Positions 24,501 to 39,500 of a DNA stretch of 64,000 nt are shown piece after piece. Under the pieces are notes generated by a model. That model searched no databases. It was not told where the DNA came from and saw only the letters and a list, made by a program, of their open reading frames with translations. Source of the DNA: Ascidiella aspersa (lineage: Eukaryota). The position numbers were made by a program, and so were the translations under genes. The stretch covers positions 35,898,001 through 35,962,000 of the forward strand of contig OZ004607.1 in assembly GCA_963924565.1 (NCBI GenBank), written 5' to 3'. Within the stretch, counting starts at the first letter, position 1, and every line of letters begins with the position of its first letter.

Positions 24501-27500
24501 TTCAAATGATCCACACACATATAGGTGCTCGACAACTGTGATCTAACCCTCCTTAAGCTCCTTTTTGAACAACGATTACAGCTTGCGTATCATTAGTACA
24601 CCAAAAGCGTTCCCGGTATGACCCGAGGTTGTAAGTTCGAATTTCACTGCAGGCTAAATGTTGCTCTAGCCAGCATTGCTTGCATCATTGATCGACAAAT
24701 TCAGTTAGTCTGCGATGACTTTCGTTGTTCTTCGAAAGACTACGGGTGAAGTATTTTTATCCGGTTTTATTATGAATCGATCTGTCGACGCGACAGCTTT
24801 ACGAAAGGCAAAGTGACGTCATGGTTTTGGCTAGGAAGCTTGGAAGTGGGAATCGAAATGCGATAAGGGCGACTCGTTTCTAATGTGATGGATTACGCGG
24901 GTGATGAAAGGTACAGCTCGTGTGTTGAGATGTTTAAGCTTGGTGTTGGGAAACGATTAATGGATGGCAGACGCGTCTGGTATGCAGTGTAGGGGCTACT
25001 TATGAATAACGAAACACTAAGACGTATAGTAAGAACATCAACGCCTATACGGAAGCAGGTAGCATATTGAACGTTTTAAGTATCTCCTTATTCATATTTA
25101 ACATAGTAAGAAGGCACTCAGGGTTAAGTGACGAACATCTTTACAGCAACCTAAATCTTTATAGCGTTAAAGTTTGCATTTTGAACGAAAAAGGACAAAA
25201 GCAATTTTTGTTGCAGTTGTGTTTCTATAAAAAAAAGCATAACTGGATTTTCTTTTGTTAAAACATCATCTGTCAAGATAAACACTTGGATATTAGCAAT
25301 AGGTTCAAGGCATGGCTCAATAAAAAAATAAAAAAAAGTTGGCTGATTTATATAGTGTTGGTCAACGATAAATGTTAAATCAACGATAAATGATAAACTA
25401 TGGAGTTGGTTAAACGCTTAAAAAATTTTACCAGATTTGTTCTATATAACTCGACATAAACACATGATCTTATATGTAAAAATCTTTGAAACGCAATATT
25501 TAAACGCAATATTTCAACCGTCGTTGTTTATTGTCATAATGCATAAGCACACGTTAATCAATTACAAAGCTGCTTTAAACGATGAAATGAAGCTAATTTT
25601 ATTCAGAGGCTACAGTACTTTAAATTAAGTGATTCCGCTGTTTTGCCGCAACAAACAAATCTACATACGGGTCTATTTCCTTAACGATCTTCCAAGTTTA
25701 ACCTTTACTAAGAACACAAAACCAAAATTTGCCAGCAACTCCACATACCCAACATGGTGCTAACTTTCGTAAGGGCGAATTTCCCACAAAAAACACCCCG
25801 CCAAAGCCCGCCCCTGTTTACAGAGCAAAGGCAGGGGGCTTTAGAGCAAAGAAAACCGCCGCACGCGCGCCCCCAAAACGGCTACAGCACCCACAAGTTG
25901 CCTAAGGTGCAAATCCTCAAGCAAACAAGCGCTAATCGGCTTTCTGATGTCCAACCAACAGGTCTGTTTGCCTCGAACTAACGCGCGTGCGAGTTTAACG
26001 ACAGAGCCCTAATCCCCTATAAGGCATCGTTTGACACGTTCTGTTGGCGTAACCCCGCTTTTCAAGGTCGGGGTAGGGCCAGTTGGGTCAAAATTCCCCG
26101 TTTTCGGGGTGAGCCGGCGGATTGCCCAAGGGATTAGGGAGATGTGGGCTGGGTGTAGGGTTACATTTTTGCGTCTAGGGTCGTGGGATCAAGGCAGTCG
26201 ACACTTAGAGCTATAGTTGTAGGTTTTAAACGTTGAGTCAAGTCATTGGGTTGCTTCGTTCTACACAAACACAATTTCTTGGATGTTTTAAGGCGACTTT
26301 ACAAGTGCGTTCAGGGTGACTTTTCTTTTTGTGCTTTTGGTCCCTATAGCACTCAAACCTCCAGTGTTGTAAATTTCCAAAAGTTTTTTTTTGTAGTTAA
26401 TGACTTATGTTTCCCAAATAAGTGCTATACAATGATACAAATATTTGGTTGTTGGTATCATTTTAAAATGTTAAGTTGTTGGTATAATTTTAAATTACCA
26501 TTTTTTTGCAATATTGTAAGTGTTTTAATGGCCTGCTTTTACTTAAATTGCAGGTATTAAACATCTGAAATAATTTGGCAAAATTGCCTACCCTTGTTGG
26601 CAAAATTGCCTACCCACTGAAGTTATTTTGACAAATGATTTTTTATTTGGACACATATTTAGTTGAGTTTGCTAAAGAAGCATAAGTAACAATTCGAGTT
26701 TTACTATTGGCCAAAAGTCAACAAGATAAAGTATAAAACTTATCCGAATCAATCAATACTGAACCGGTTCAGGCTTGTTTGCTAAAAGGATTAGGGTTAT
26801 TTACAGCCCCCTAAAAAGCCGCACTTTACACCTTTTGTACTGACTTTACAGCGCCGTAAAAACGCCCTGCAAACATTCGAGGTCGATAATCACGGTGACG
26901 GTGCATTGAACAAAAAAACAACAGCGAAAGAAAATGATTATAGCACTATAGGCGACGCCCTTGTGGCATTTGGGGGCAAAGTACTAAAGTCGCAATTCGC
27001 GTGATAAGAAACGGAGCACCGCACTTAAAATTGATATTAAAGTTAAATTTGTTAAAACTCCAGTCACTTATATTAGCCCCAAAGCCTGACTGCATTTTTT
27101 CCTGCTGAAATCCGAATTCAAAATAGGACGATATATATATATGTTAAGAACGATTTTTTAATGGTAAATTCACAAGGCCAGTGATATTGCACGCAAAATG
27201 ACGTCACTTGCGTGATGTTTTTCCAAGCATTTCATGCCAAATATCTCTGGGGGGAATGCACTAGAATGCAATCGGGCCTCAAAGTGTTAGGACTTGGACT
27301 GTATATTTATCGCAGATTTGTTTCCGATGACCTCAACTGTTTAAAGCCCGTTAAAGCTGCAATGTTTGCGCTCCCTTTAATGTGTAACTTCGCGCAATAT
27401 CAGCATTCTTTTGTCGGTGTTGCGTCGTAAAACGTTGGGGTTTGATCCAAAATGTCAACGGCACTTTGCCGAACTGCCGGTGCTTTAACAACCTGTTGCG

Positions 27501-30500
27501 ACACGTGTATACAAGGGGCCGTGTTAAACATAGAAGCGGCCAAGTTGTTGTTGCTATTACCTTGCAAACTTTTGCGACTGATATGCGCGAGTTGGGCTGG
27601 TCAACTGTAGAAATATGTGACCAATGTTGTGAACGAGTCATTTTGAAACGACTTAAGTCGCGGTCATGTCATTTGCAATAAATAACCAGTCAATTTGCAG
27701 TCCAAGTCAAGTCATTTGCAACCTATAACCAGTCAATTTGCAGTCCAAGTCAAGTCATTTGCAACCTATAACCAGTCAATTTGCAGTCCAAGTCAAGTCA
27801 TTTGCAACCTATAACCAGTCAATTCGCAGTCCAAGTCAAGTCATTTGCAACCTATAACCAGTCAATTCGCAGTCCAAGTCAAGTCATTTGCAACCTATAA
27901 CCAGTCAATTTGCAATCCAAGTGAATCATTTACCATGTTAAGTTCTTGACGTAAAAATTAAACATTAATTTAATAAAATTGGTAAACTCGTCCGTGTGTG
28001 AGCAACATCTTAACTAAAAAAAACAAAACATTTAAAGCGATATATTAGAATTCTGCGAAGACTTTAATAATATTGCCCAAAAACGTAAAACTCTTTTTAA
28101 CAGTAATTGAATTCAATTTATCACATTGCAATAGCGGAACGGCCTTTCACCTGTATCTATAATCAGAAAAACTTTAACGGCTCATTGAAATGCAAATGTA
28201 TATACTCTACTTTGCTGTCGCCTAACAAACACATGGAAACATGTTGTGCCCGACCTGCATGCCGCAGTCGCACGTCACAGAAATTTGCGGCTACGACCAA
28301 CACGACGTAATCGACGTATGTGCTGACGCGCAAAAACCTGTCGGACCGACGTGATTTTGCACAAGGTTGAAAGACCCGATATCGAGTTTGACGGTTGCGC
28401 GGTTGTGGATAAACAGCATACTTGTTATCTGCGGTAGTGTCAACATTGGGAATTAGTAGGGAAAACCGTTGGCTCCATAACGGTACTTAGGGCTGAAGCA
28501 GTTTGGTATCAGATAAATACCGCTGATTTTTTAATTTGCATTTTTGAAGAAAAACTGGCCTTGAGATATGCTTTGACAGCCGGCGCGCAATTAATAGTTT
28601 CTTTGTGTTTTATTTGGAATTGCTTGTACCTAACAAATATCAGCGATAGGTAAAAGGCCAAAGAAAAGCTGCTTTAAATCTAGTTTTAGTTTGACCACAT
28701 ACTCTAGTCCAAGGGTTCTCCAATTTTTTTTCTTCGCGGACCCCATAAAAATTTTTGCTTCGCATGGGCTAGTGTAGGCAAGAATTTTAAGAGATGACGT
28801 CATAAATTTAAGTCATTATACAAATAAACTCCAGAAATCTGCTACTTCCGGTCCGAAAAATGTGAAAGTGAAATAAAGTTTAAATAATTTAGCGCATAAA
28901 CCTTTCATTATTGATTAAACTTTTTTAAACTTTGATTCCTTCTTAAAGATACAATAATATTTCAATTTTGCCTTCATGGATCACTAAAACTAGTTCACGT
29001 ACCCCCAAGAGGACCATAGACCCCAGTTTAAGAAACCCTGATCTAGTCCAACTCCTGAGAAACACGTATTTTATCGCAGCGACCAAAGGTGGGCAACTAT
29101 ATAGATCATTGCCTCGAGTCTTCGAAATACCCTGAATGCCCGATAAGACACGCACATATTCCCCGACTGGAGTACATTCAAGCGCAAAGTGTCAATGTCG
29201 CGATGTTTACCAAACCACTGCCAGCGAAGATTGCAATGTTTGACGACACCGTTTTGACCTTGGAGGGAGATATTGCTTCCCCAATAGAATGTCGTGTAGC
29301 TATGTAGCCCGTCGGTCAGTAACCCCTGTATCTGGTAGTTGGTGGTATAGCGTGGACGGGTTGGCATTCACGGGTACTTTTGTAATTAAGATTGATTTTT
29401 TATTTTATTTTTTTCGGGGGGAAGGTGTGTGGAAAACTCGGGCAATAAAAAAATACGTTTTTTCCCTAAAAACTGCTGATGCCTTATTTTGTGACGCAAT
29501 ACATTTCTCTGGGGAACATATAAATGAATGACTTTGAATGAGACAAGAAAATCTAAAGAATATACAACTTTCATTGTCCACATTTACGTGTAAGGGCGAG
29601 GAGATTTCTTCTCTTTTTACATTTAGTTTGGCATGGCAAAAAACACGATGATTTTGAGACTGCATGGCGTAACACGGCTAGTCGGCTAGGGTTGGAAAAC
29701 TATTTGGAGACAAAGCAAGGTTGTCTTACAGATTTAATTGCAGGCGACTTTTACTTTAAAGAACACTCCTTCCTAGACTTTGATTCATTTATTCGATCGG
29801 TTACCAACAAGTTTACAATTTCGTAGACATAAGTCGGAAAACGCAGAACACACTAAAAGTCAATCAAGTGAATTCGTTCTTACGCTCAATAAGGTTCCCA
29901 TCTAACGAGCAATAAGAAGAAAAACGAATGCGGAAAATTGGCCAGCAGATGTAGGCCAGGTGGTGTGACCCCAAGGCTGTATTTCTCCTTTTGTTATCGC
30001 ATCTCACCTAACGTGGCTAACCGGAAAACGTTCAAACTCGCATTATAGATTTGATAAGGGTTTCGGCGGTTGGATTGCAAGCGTGTGTTATAACACCTGG
30101 TGAAACTGTTAGAAACGTCTTTTGTGGCATAGGCGCCAAATACCAAACAGATAAGGGACAAATGCGCTATACACTAAATGTCTCGTGAAGAATTACGAAA
30201 CTAAAACAGAAAGATAATGAATTGCAAAGCAAAAAGGTCGAGTATAGGTCGGCATCATCTTGATTAAGACGTTTCGATACGAGCTTGTATCATCTTCATT
30301 TAATGTGACTGAGAAGCAATTCAAGCATCACTTACAAAAGGTGGGACGCAATTGTTATCAGTCTGAGTTACTATAGTTGAAGCTCAAGCTACTTTACAGA
30401 TCCGTGCATAGTGTAGCCAAAAACGAAGCTCGTCCGATTTATTTTCAAGCAACGATGTACAGCTTTCACATGAAGGCACGCTTTCTTTCGCTCATATTTT

Positions 30501-33500
30501 CACGCAAAAAAAACTCTTTTTAACGTTTACCGATCGGGCCCAACCACAATCGGTGCATTTGTTTGCGTGTTTGTGCCAGTTTTTTGTCACTTCAAAGGCT
30601 TCCACGGGATGAAAGGCGACTGACAGGATGTCGAGCGCTTGTCAAACAAATGAAACAAACGACCACCTGCTTGCTAGGTTGACTAACTTGGCCGAATTAT
30701 GGCACCTGGACGTTTCTTGCGCACGTGAAAAACCTCAGAAAGATGACTTTTAATGAACGATTCACTTTTTGTAACGCGGTGGGATACGGATATACAATCA
30801 TTTTCGTACTAATTTTTCAGTATTTTTGGGTGGGTAAAACATTGAAAGTTTCCCTATACGTTAAAGTATACTAAGCAATGGAGAATAATGGCTGGAGGTT
30901 GTAGTAAGACGTAAGGAGCAATACCATCTGCCGTAAAAAGTACATTTTGTTTAATATAGAGAATGTCAAAGCCCATCCAGAAGTAGGTATTATTTTGAAC
31001 GTTTCTAATTATCTTTATTTATTTTCAACTATGTTGAGACTAGTCAAACTATGTTAAAAATGAATAAAGAGCTATTCAAAACGTTCAAAATAATACCTAC
31101 TTCTGTATGGACCTTAATATTCTTATTAAGCAAAATGTAGTTTTCACGGCAGTTGGTTTTGCTTAAAAAACACAGGGAAATGTCCTGTTAAAATTACCTT
31201 ATACTCAGCGACGATGTAAAACTAAGCCAGTAGTTCTATTGTCAGTCACGTTAAAAACTTGCAAAATGACCTCACTTAGACCCGACTAATGTTTGCTCGG
31301 TCAAGCAAGCCAAACATTGACTAACAAAAACGCGCTTGATGTTCCCGAAGCTGCGAAAATAGAAGGACTTTCTTCTTCCAACTAAAGACTTGGATAGAGA
31401 AGTGAGAAACGTTTATCGGCAAAACACACGTGCTGTTCATGGAAGTTAGGCACAGGGGTGGCTATTAGGTTACCTTAACGAGACAAACAACGCCCTTTAT
31501 GAGGGGCAACATTAAGGTGCCACAACAGGGAAAGAAACATTCGGTCGGTAAAACATTTCAGCTTCAATGTCTAGTTGTTTTAAGAAGAAAGATAATTTCG
31601 AAAATGCAAAAAATTTATTATAAGTTTTTATAATCTTTTACTGTTTGTTTTTTTATTTTTATATAATTGACTTGAAATGCTATAATAATGACTTAATTGA
31701 CTGGGACTTGATTTGGGCAACTGATGACTTGGAAATGGGATATTTTTTTAAAAAAGACTTCAAGTGGACCTTATTCATTTTAAAATAATTTATTCACAGC
31801 ACGGTTTACGACTTTACCTAACTTCTATGATTTTCTTAAAATTAATCGACAATGTTTGTTTTTCGCCGCTGTCCAGACAAACAGTCGTTGAGATCAGCCG
31901 AGCCTATCTATCGTCATATCACGTCCGCCGCTAAAGCCCTTCAGGAAAAAAACAACTGGTAACTTGGCTTCCTTGCAGTGTTTACAGGCATCTGTCGGCA
32001 GGTAAACACTAGCCAGCCTTGTCAAGTGTGATAGATGACCGCCTGAGACCAGTAGTGTCCCTTAGATATTGACCGGCCGAACCGAGCTACTGGCCAGTTC
32101 GCATGTCCACTTCAAATCTTGAGTTCTGGCCGATATTGCTTAATATTTCTATGAGGATTGCGACTCGGAATACCAGAATGCGAAAACACATGGAAATCGG
32201 CCTCCTTATGGAACCAATTACACCAAAAATGGTGCGAAATAGAAGCAGGCCTCACAAAACGGCCTCGTAAACGGGCCAGTTGCGTACTTTTTCGGATCAA
32301 AGCAAGTTCTCTTCTGGTCGAGTATTAACATAACAGCGCTGCGGTAAGCGGTGCTTAAAAGCTGTGAACGGAGCATCCGTCTTTTAACAAGGGCGTACTG
32401 ACTTCGTGGGAAATTGTTCCCGGTTGAGATAAATGACTTTTTTTCGAAGGCCAAGTAGCAACAAGTGTCTGGTGGTTTTGCTGAAAAAAGAGTGATACGG
32501 TGGGTATTTGTAAAACATAGGAATTTTTCGCTGCCCATTAATCAGTAGTGTGTTTAGTCTGTGATTCATTTTTTGGGGTATAGGAATTCCTTTAGTTTTT
32601 ACCAAGGGACTTTGCTCGTTCCCGGTTCAAATAAATGACTTAAAAAAAAATGATTTTCGAAGGTCAAGAAGCAAAAGTGTCTGGTATAGGAGAGACGATG
32701 GTTTTGCTGAACTAAAACTGATATGATGGGTATTTGAAAAACAAAGGAATTTTTCGGGGTCCATTAATCCGTAATGTGTTTTGCCTGTGAATCATTTTTT
32801 TGGTATAAGAATTCCTTTAATTCTACCAAGGCCTTCTACTGTTTTCACGCTGACAAGGCCTTGTGAAGCTTTGATGCTGCTCTTTATCAAATATCAGTAA
32901 TGGCACGGACTTGATTTTTTTCTTAATGAATACTTTAAAGAAGGAATGGTTCAGACGCTTGGCGGGCGGCTTGCTTTCATCAGGCAGCTTGTGTATTCCC
33001 AGGCGTAATTCAATCGACATTGTTAACGCGAATACATTAACGCTTTGGCGTCGCATTTTCTAACACTTTGTGGTTTGTAATTGACGACCGAATTACAGAC
33101 TGGAGTCGCAGCCAACGCTAATGGTACCTTGGGGTTCTTGTGTCTTTATTTGCTCATTATGTTTGATCGACAGGGCTATGGATAAATTTTATAAAAGAAC
33201 GTTTCTCCGATGGAAGTGTACCCTATTTATCTTTTAAAAAACACACAAAAAAAGGGAGGCCTAGAAAAATAGAAAAGTCTTATAGTCTGCTGAAATGGCC
33301 TTCGACTTAAAATGGACTATAGTTTGCATGGGCTTTTAGTTTTTAAAATCACGGGATTTTTTTTTTCAAAATAGGTCCGTTATTCCAAAAATAAACTCTT
33401 TATATATAATATATGTTCACTTTTACGTATTTAAAATTAATCGTCAAACGAAGGCCATCAAAAGCACAGGCCACAAAGTTCCTGGTGGACCCCTTACTGC

Positions 33501-36500
33501 TATGACAAAATTAGTTGGAAAGAATTCATGGTTTTTGTAAAATTTATAAATAGTTAGCATTGCTAGAAAGGTTCAGGCCCGAACACCGAATCAGTCTAAC
33601 GAACGTTTACTTTGCCACGCGATTTGTTTTCAGACAGAAGACGTAATGTCAAATTCCTGGGAATTATGAAATGACCACACACATGGAGATGTTTATTTAC
33701 TTGATCTCAGCAACATACATCGGCGTTGTGATAATGTCTGGCCAATGGTTCCTGCGAATTTGAAGCGTCGCTTAAACGGCAATTTGGCCAGATCAATGTT
33801 GATTTGCAAAGCCAACGAAACCGCCAAAACAGGAATGATCGAAAAGCAATAGGTAATGGCAACGACGAACAAATATTGGGCGCGCCATGGGGCAGACTCA
33901 AATTACGTCATCTAGCTTTAAATTACTTGTCTTTACTCTTATTAAAACACCGCTGTAGGAACGTTACCTAAAAGGCGGCTAATCATTATCAACACGTAAT
34001 TATTTTCTCTATTCTGTTTTAGGTATACATGTGCCCAGTGTTTTTTTAAGGTGTTTCGGGGGACCGAAACGGTCCCCCAAATTTCCCCAGCGGTTTCCCG
34101 AATTTTGGACTTGCAACTTTTGGGTATTTAAATGAAACACTTGCGGTCTCTTAAAACTACTTAGCGGTCACCCAAACCAAACCTTAAAAAACCCTGCATG
34201 TGCCTACTATGTTTGTAATAGGAGGGGGTAAATTACTTAAAGTGTAAATCGGTGAAAATCGGTAAAAATTGGTTGATATCAGGTAAAATATATATAGGTA
34301 CTTATTTTAAATATTGGTCCTTTATTAGGTTTTGCCATATTTACCTAAGTTGTTGATTTATGAACGCGATTTTAAGGTTTGCAACTGCAATTTTTCTCTA
34401 CCAAAGGACATAGGGATATATCTAGCAAGACACATTGTATTACTACATTGACAGACAACTGTTTATCGTCGACCTAAAACGTCATGTTTTTAATAGAAAA
34501 AAACATATAGAATAGAGGTCGAGGATGGAAATTGTCATTCAAAGTCGAAATTGTGAGGTTGGAAAATCCCAGGGGCCCACTAACTTACTACTAACTTACA
34601 AGTGAGCTAACTTACTTCGTTTTATGTAAAAGTTGAATCAATCATTGGTAATAAAGCAGATTAACCCAGTGACGTTGGGACAAAGTTGGGGAGACAAAAA
34701 AATAAAATAAACCAGTGACTCAAACCCAACGAGTCCTGACAGTGTAAGAGTATGAAAACAAACAGTTTAAAACAATTAAAATTTTGTTCAAGTAAAGTAA
34801 TTTCCAAAATACCTTGATCAAAGTCAAAACGTCCGGTAATTTGAAAAACGTAACTTAAGTGCACTTTAGGCAACTGTTGAAAACAACACGCGTGATACGT
34901 TAAAATCGAAATTACAAAATACAGTCAAAATCGCGAATAGCTTGAACGAGCTTTGCGCAAGTGTTTCCGGCCCTAACATCGAACAAGTTGCCGCTTCCTT
35001 AAATTGGCACGAGCGTACAACAAAGCGATCAATCAGCGTCGTGGCCAGACGCCGCGTCTAGGCTTTCCAAGGCGACAGATAAAGTTGGATTTGCTCGGCA
35101 GACAGAGTCCAGCAATGTCGCCAAGGACAAAGTCAACGCCAAATTCGCCGCTCTCGGCTTTGATAAATTGGAAAAAGCGCCCGGGTCGCCTTCCCGCAGC
35201 CTTTTCACGGCGGCCAATCTAAGCTACACCGGCACCGGCTTGTGGGGCGCCCGCCTGGCGCTATGCTCCCCGCCAAGGATTAAATCCGGAAGGCCGGCCG
35301 AGCGCGAATTGGGAGTGGATTTGAGCGGTGAAACCCTTTTTATCGTCAAAAAAACCCTAAATATGGGTGGCCCAGAGATATGGAAAATTCTTTAGTCTGC
35401 CAAAGTGGCTTTCAAATTAAACACTCAAATTTGCTTTTAACTTAAGTACTTAAAATTGACTAGTTTTTTTACGAAGTAAAAGGCCGAGCGGATATGGGAG
35501 TGGATTTGAGCTTTTACACTTAAAAAAAAAATTGCTTTCAACTCAAATAATATTAGCTTTTAACTTTAGTATCTTAAAATTGACTAGTTTTGTTCACTAA
35601 AAATGGGTTAAAGGTATGAAAAAGCCGATAATGGCTGTCAACTTAAGTACTTTTTTTTAAAAAAAAATTGACTAGTTGAATTTTTAACGTACAAAGTAAA
35701 AGGCCGAGAGGGATATAGGAGTAGATTTAAGCTTTTACACTTGGAGGGGTCCATTTTTATCGACCGAAGAAAACAAACTAAAAATGGTTGGCTCAAAGGT
35801 ATGGAAAAGCCTATAGTCAGCAAAATGGTTTTTAACTTAAAAACTCAAATTTGCTTTCAACTTAAGTCCTTAAAATTGACTAGTGTTTCTTTCCACTAAA
35901 AACGGTGGCACAGAGATATGAACTAGCCTAAAGTCTGCGAAAGTTGCCTTCAAATTAAATAATCAAATTGGCTTTCAACTTAAGTACTTAAAATTTCAAC
36001 TTATACTTAAAACTGGCACGGAAAAACACGGACAAAACATCTTTCTAATTTGGTTTGTTATTTACCCGGTTCGCTAGGAATACAACCCTTCAAAAATAAT
36101 CACTTTTTACTTAATTTCTTCAAAAAAAAAATCGTCAAAAACGCAGGTTAAGAAGTTCAAGACTAATAGGGTAATGTGGTATTAGGCCCAGGGCTTTTCT
36201 ATCGGCAGGACGTCTCCGCCTAATAAAGGCCCTGTTTGATTTCGTAGACAGGAACCCTTGGCGCTGCGGTAAAACACGCAGCGTGCACTTAGTTATGCCC
36301 GGATGCAGATTTGTATGGAAACGAGTTCATTGAAAACAGGCCTGGGCACCTTGTCCTTCAATGTAATTAGACTTTTCAGTTTCATATTTGTTAAACCGAA
36401 AACAGCAGGTTTCTTAAGTCTATGCTTTTTATGACGTCATTTCTAAAAATCCTAGGTTCAAGCAAACGTAAATTTTTTTAAGGGGGTGCACGTTAAAAAC

Positions 36501-39500
36501 ATTTTTTAGGAGTTCAAAGTTAAAAAAATTAGGGGACCACGTTGGGGTGCATATGCAAAGTGGATTCCAAAAAAAACGCGTGGTTTCAACACCAATAATG
36601 GCAAACTACAAAAGGCTTTCGAAATGCCACAATAAGGATCCCTCAGTAACATTTTTTAAGTTAAATTATGAGGATACGTTTTAATCACCGATCTTGAATC
36701 TAAATATATTTGACTTGTTTGGTTTGGAAATACAGATTGGGAAATGACCTTAAACTTCAAATCTACCTAGATGGAAATTTTAAATTCTAAGTATAGAAAT
36801 TTTAAATTTTAAATTAAAGAAATTTTATATTCTAAGCTATGGAAATTTTAAATTCTAAGTTACAGAAATTTTAAGTTCTAAGCTATGGAAATTTTAAGTT
36901 CCGGAAGTTTTATATACTAAGCTGAAGAAATTTTAAGCTAAAGAGGACTTATTTAAGTCATCAACGGATTGGTATAATTTGTGCAAAAGATGAGTTAAAC
37001 GTATATTTTTACCTTACCAAAAATGAGTCCAAGATTGCACAACACATATCAGCTTTTAACATAAATTGCACACCTATTTCCACCACCTACACAACACTAA
37101 GGCTTACCAGTACGTCAAGAGGTTCGCTTGTGGGGCCTTCGGCAAGAAGGGACTCCCCCTTGGGGCTGCTGAAGGGGCGCTGATAGTCGAAGGTGGTCGA
37201 GCCCACCACGTAGGAGCGCGACGGGTCGGGGATTCCCCGGCCAACCTCGCCGTTGATGTACATCACGTGACGGGAATTTCCCGAACGAAGAGCTGCAAAA
37301 AACGGCATTTTTAAACAATTTTTGCAAATACTTTTTGTGTAGAGGTGTTGCTTTTTAGTGAAAAATAGAGTCAAGTTGCTTGTTTCTACACGTGTTCTTT
37401 TTTGTTGTTTTTAGCTTTATTTCGTTCTCCCTGGAAATTTTTTCAAGTGACATTTAATATCATTGTTTTTAAAAAAGGACTGAAGTATTATACTACATCT
37501 AATTAAATGATGGGGGATCGCTAATTGTGTTCGTTATGCAAATTTCGTATAACGTACCAGAAAATACAATACTACACCTAATTGAACACCTTAAATTCGG
37601 TTTCAAAATAAATAGAAAACAGTTCTAAGTTAACAACTAAACCCCTTACATATGTGGGCAACAGACAGTTTTCGCCTACTACTTACAGTATACTCCAGAC
37701 CTTATTTATGATTTACGCAACATACAACGCCCTATGAGGGCCATTATAATTTACAATCCTTGAAAAATCTTCAATTCGTGGGATATATATATTTTGGAGT
37801 CTTCAAAGTTGGTATTTTTAAACGGAGAGTTTTTTTTCGATACACTGCATCGTGGGATAGTTATGTGGCGGTCTTTCTAAGTACATTAATCATAACAAAA
37901 TGCATTTGTTCCGATCGCCTGCGCATAGCGTTTGACATTGGCAGTGCGCAGTTGACCGCAAAAAAGCAATGAGAGCAACTCGCCTTGCCGCAAATTACAC
38001 AGCAATTTACGCAGGCGCTAGAAATGAGCAGCAAAGTCACCGTGGTGTCAACTGTCAAAGACGCGTGTTGCTTTTAACGTCGGCTTTAAGTGCTTGTAAG
38101 CCCCGCGCAAAAGCCGCGGTAATTATGACGAATGTGGCGTTTCAATATTTGCGGTTGTGTTTGGAGTTGTTTGGCGTTGGAACGCGTATAAGCGTGTGTC
38201 AGATGGCAAGCAAATCAAAGCCTGTGGTGGAGTGTTCTATTTCACAGGGCGGTTTATTGTGGAGGATTGCCTTCAAACGGCGATTTGCGCTTGGGCAATA
38301 AAAGTGAAAAACTTTGCAGGGAAAAAAATATCTTGTCTGCTGTTTTGGGCTACAAGGCATTATCGGTACCAGGTGCTCCTCTATGAGGAGAAACAGAAAG
38401 AAAAAAAATCACTAACAAAAGTCTATCTTGCTGATGTATTAACCTGGGCAGTATTGTAATGAGTTAAGTAAATGTTTTTTAATGACTTGACTTAAGACTT
38501 TTGGACAAAATGACTTGACTTGACTTTTAGGTTGAAATGAAGTGTTTTCATTATAAAATTTGGTTATTTATTTTACATTTTTCACATAAAACAATTTGCT
38601 TGCTATATGTTGCGTTTTGCGCTATTTCCAGTTGAGTTACTCCTTATAATCGGACTAGTTTACCGATTTCACTAGTTTAACGTTCAATTTTTGCGACAAG
38701 GACTTTTGTGATACGTGTTTGTAGCTCTAAGCCCAATCAGAAACAATAACAATTTTGAACAAATATTTTTTTAAATATCTTGTTACAAGCACTTAAGCTG
38801 AAAAACTCAATCTACTCACTTTTGTGTAGGCTTTTTGTGTGAACGCAATGTTCAACTATAAGTTTGTGTATAGTATTTAATATCTACAAATGAACAGTTT
38901 GGATAATAATTAAAGTGGGCTGAAATTAAAAAAGGAAGTCTTTTACACTAAATAAAAATGTCGATTTGAACGCAATTTCTGTAGTTTACGCAACTTTTGC
39001 CGTCAGGCAATTCACACACTTTAAAAATAAAACGAACGTCTTTTAAAAATGTCCGAATTAAGGAAAGCAACGGATGGCACATAAGCGTTTAAAAACAACC
39101 CTCCAATTTGTTTGTATTGTATTTGCAAATTTTCGTGCAACAAATAGCACACGGTTCCAACAGCAATCAAAGTGCGTCGGGGTCACCACTCCATAGCCTA
39201 TTGTATCGATCCTTCACCATCATAATAGGGTTCAAAGCATAAGGGACATTAAACGGCAGGAAAAAGAGTGGCGGCCATTCTCAAAGTCAAGTGCGCTACC
39301 ATCAGGCTCGAGACCACTCGAAAGCGGGAAAAGGCAAACTCGAAACTTAGCGAAAAAGGCCAAAACTCGAGACATCGCGACCATAGGTTGTATTGTGTGT
39401 GGGAAGCGAGCACTCGAGGATTAACCCCTTCAAGGCTGTGAATGATGAACGGCCCGGTGCGACGACAAAGTAATATTGATCTGCGAGCTGAGTACCTTAC

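Noticed and set aside
27668-27925. CRISPR-like periodic array
   Set aside because: Units are contiguous near-identical 43-mers with no unique spacers; eukaryotic context and no cas genes.
31722-31740. CTGATGA-cttg-GAAA hammerhead-like match
   Set aside because: Only 4 nt between the boxes, so no stem II; part of the AAGTC-rich repeat.
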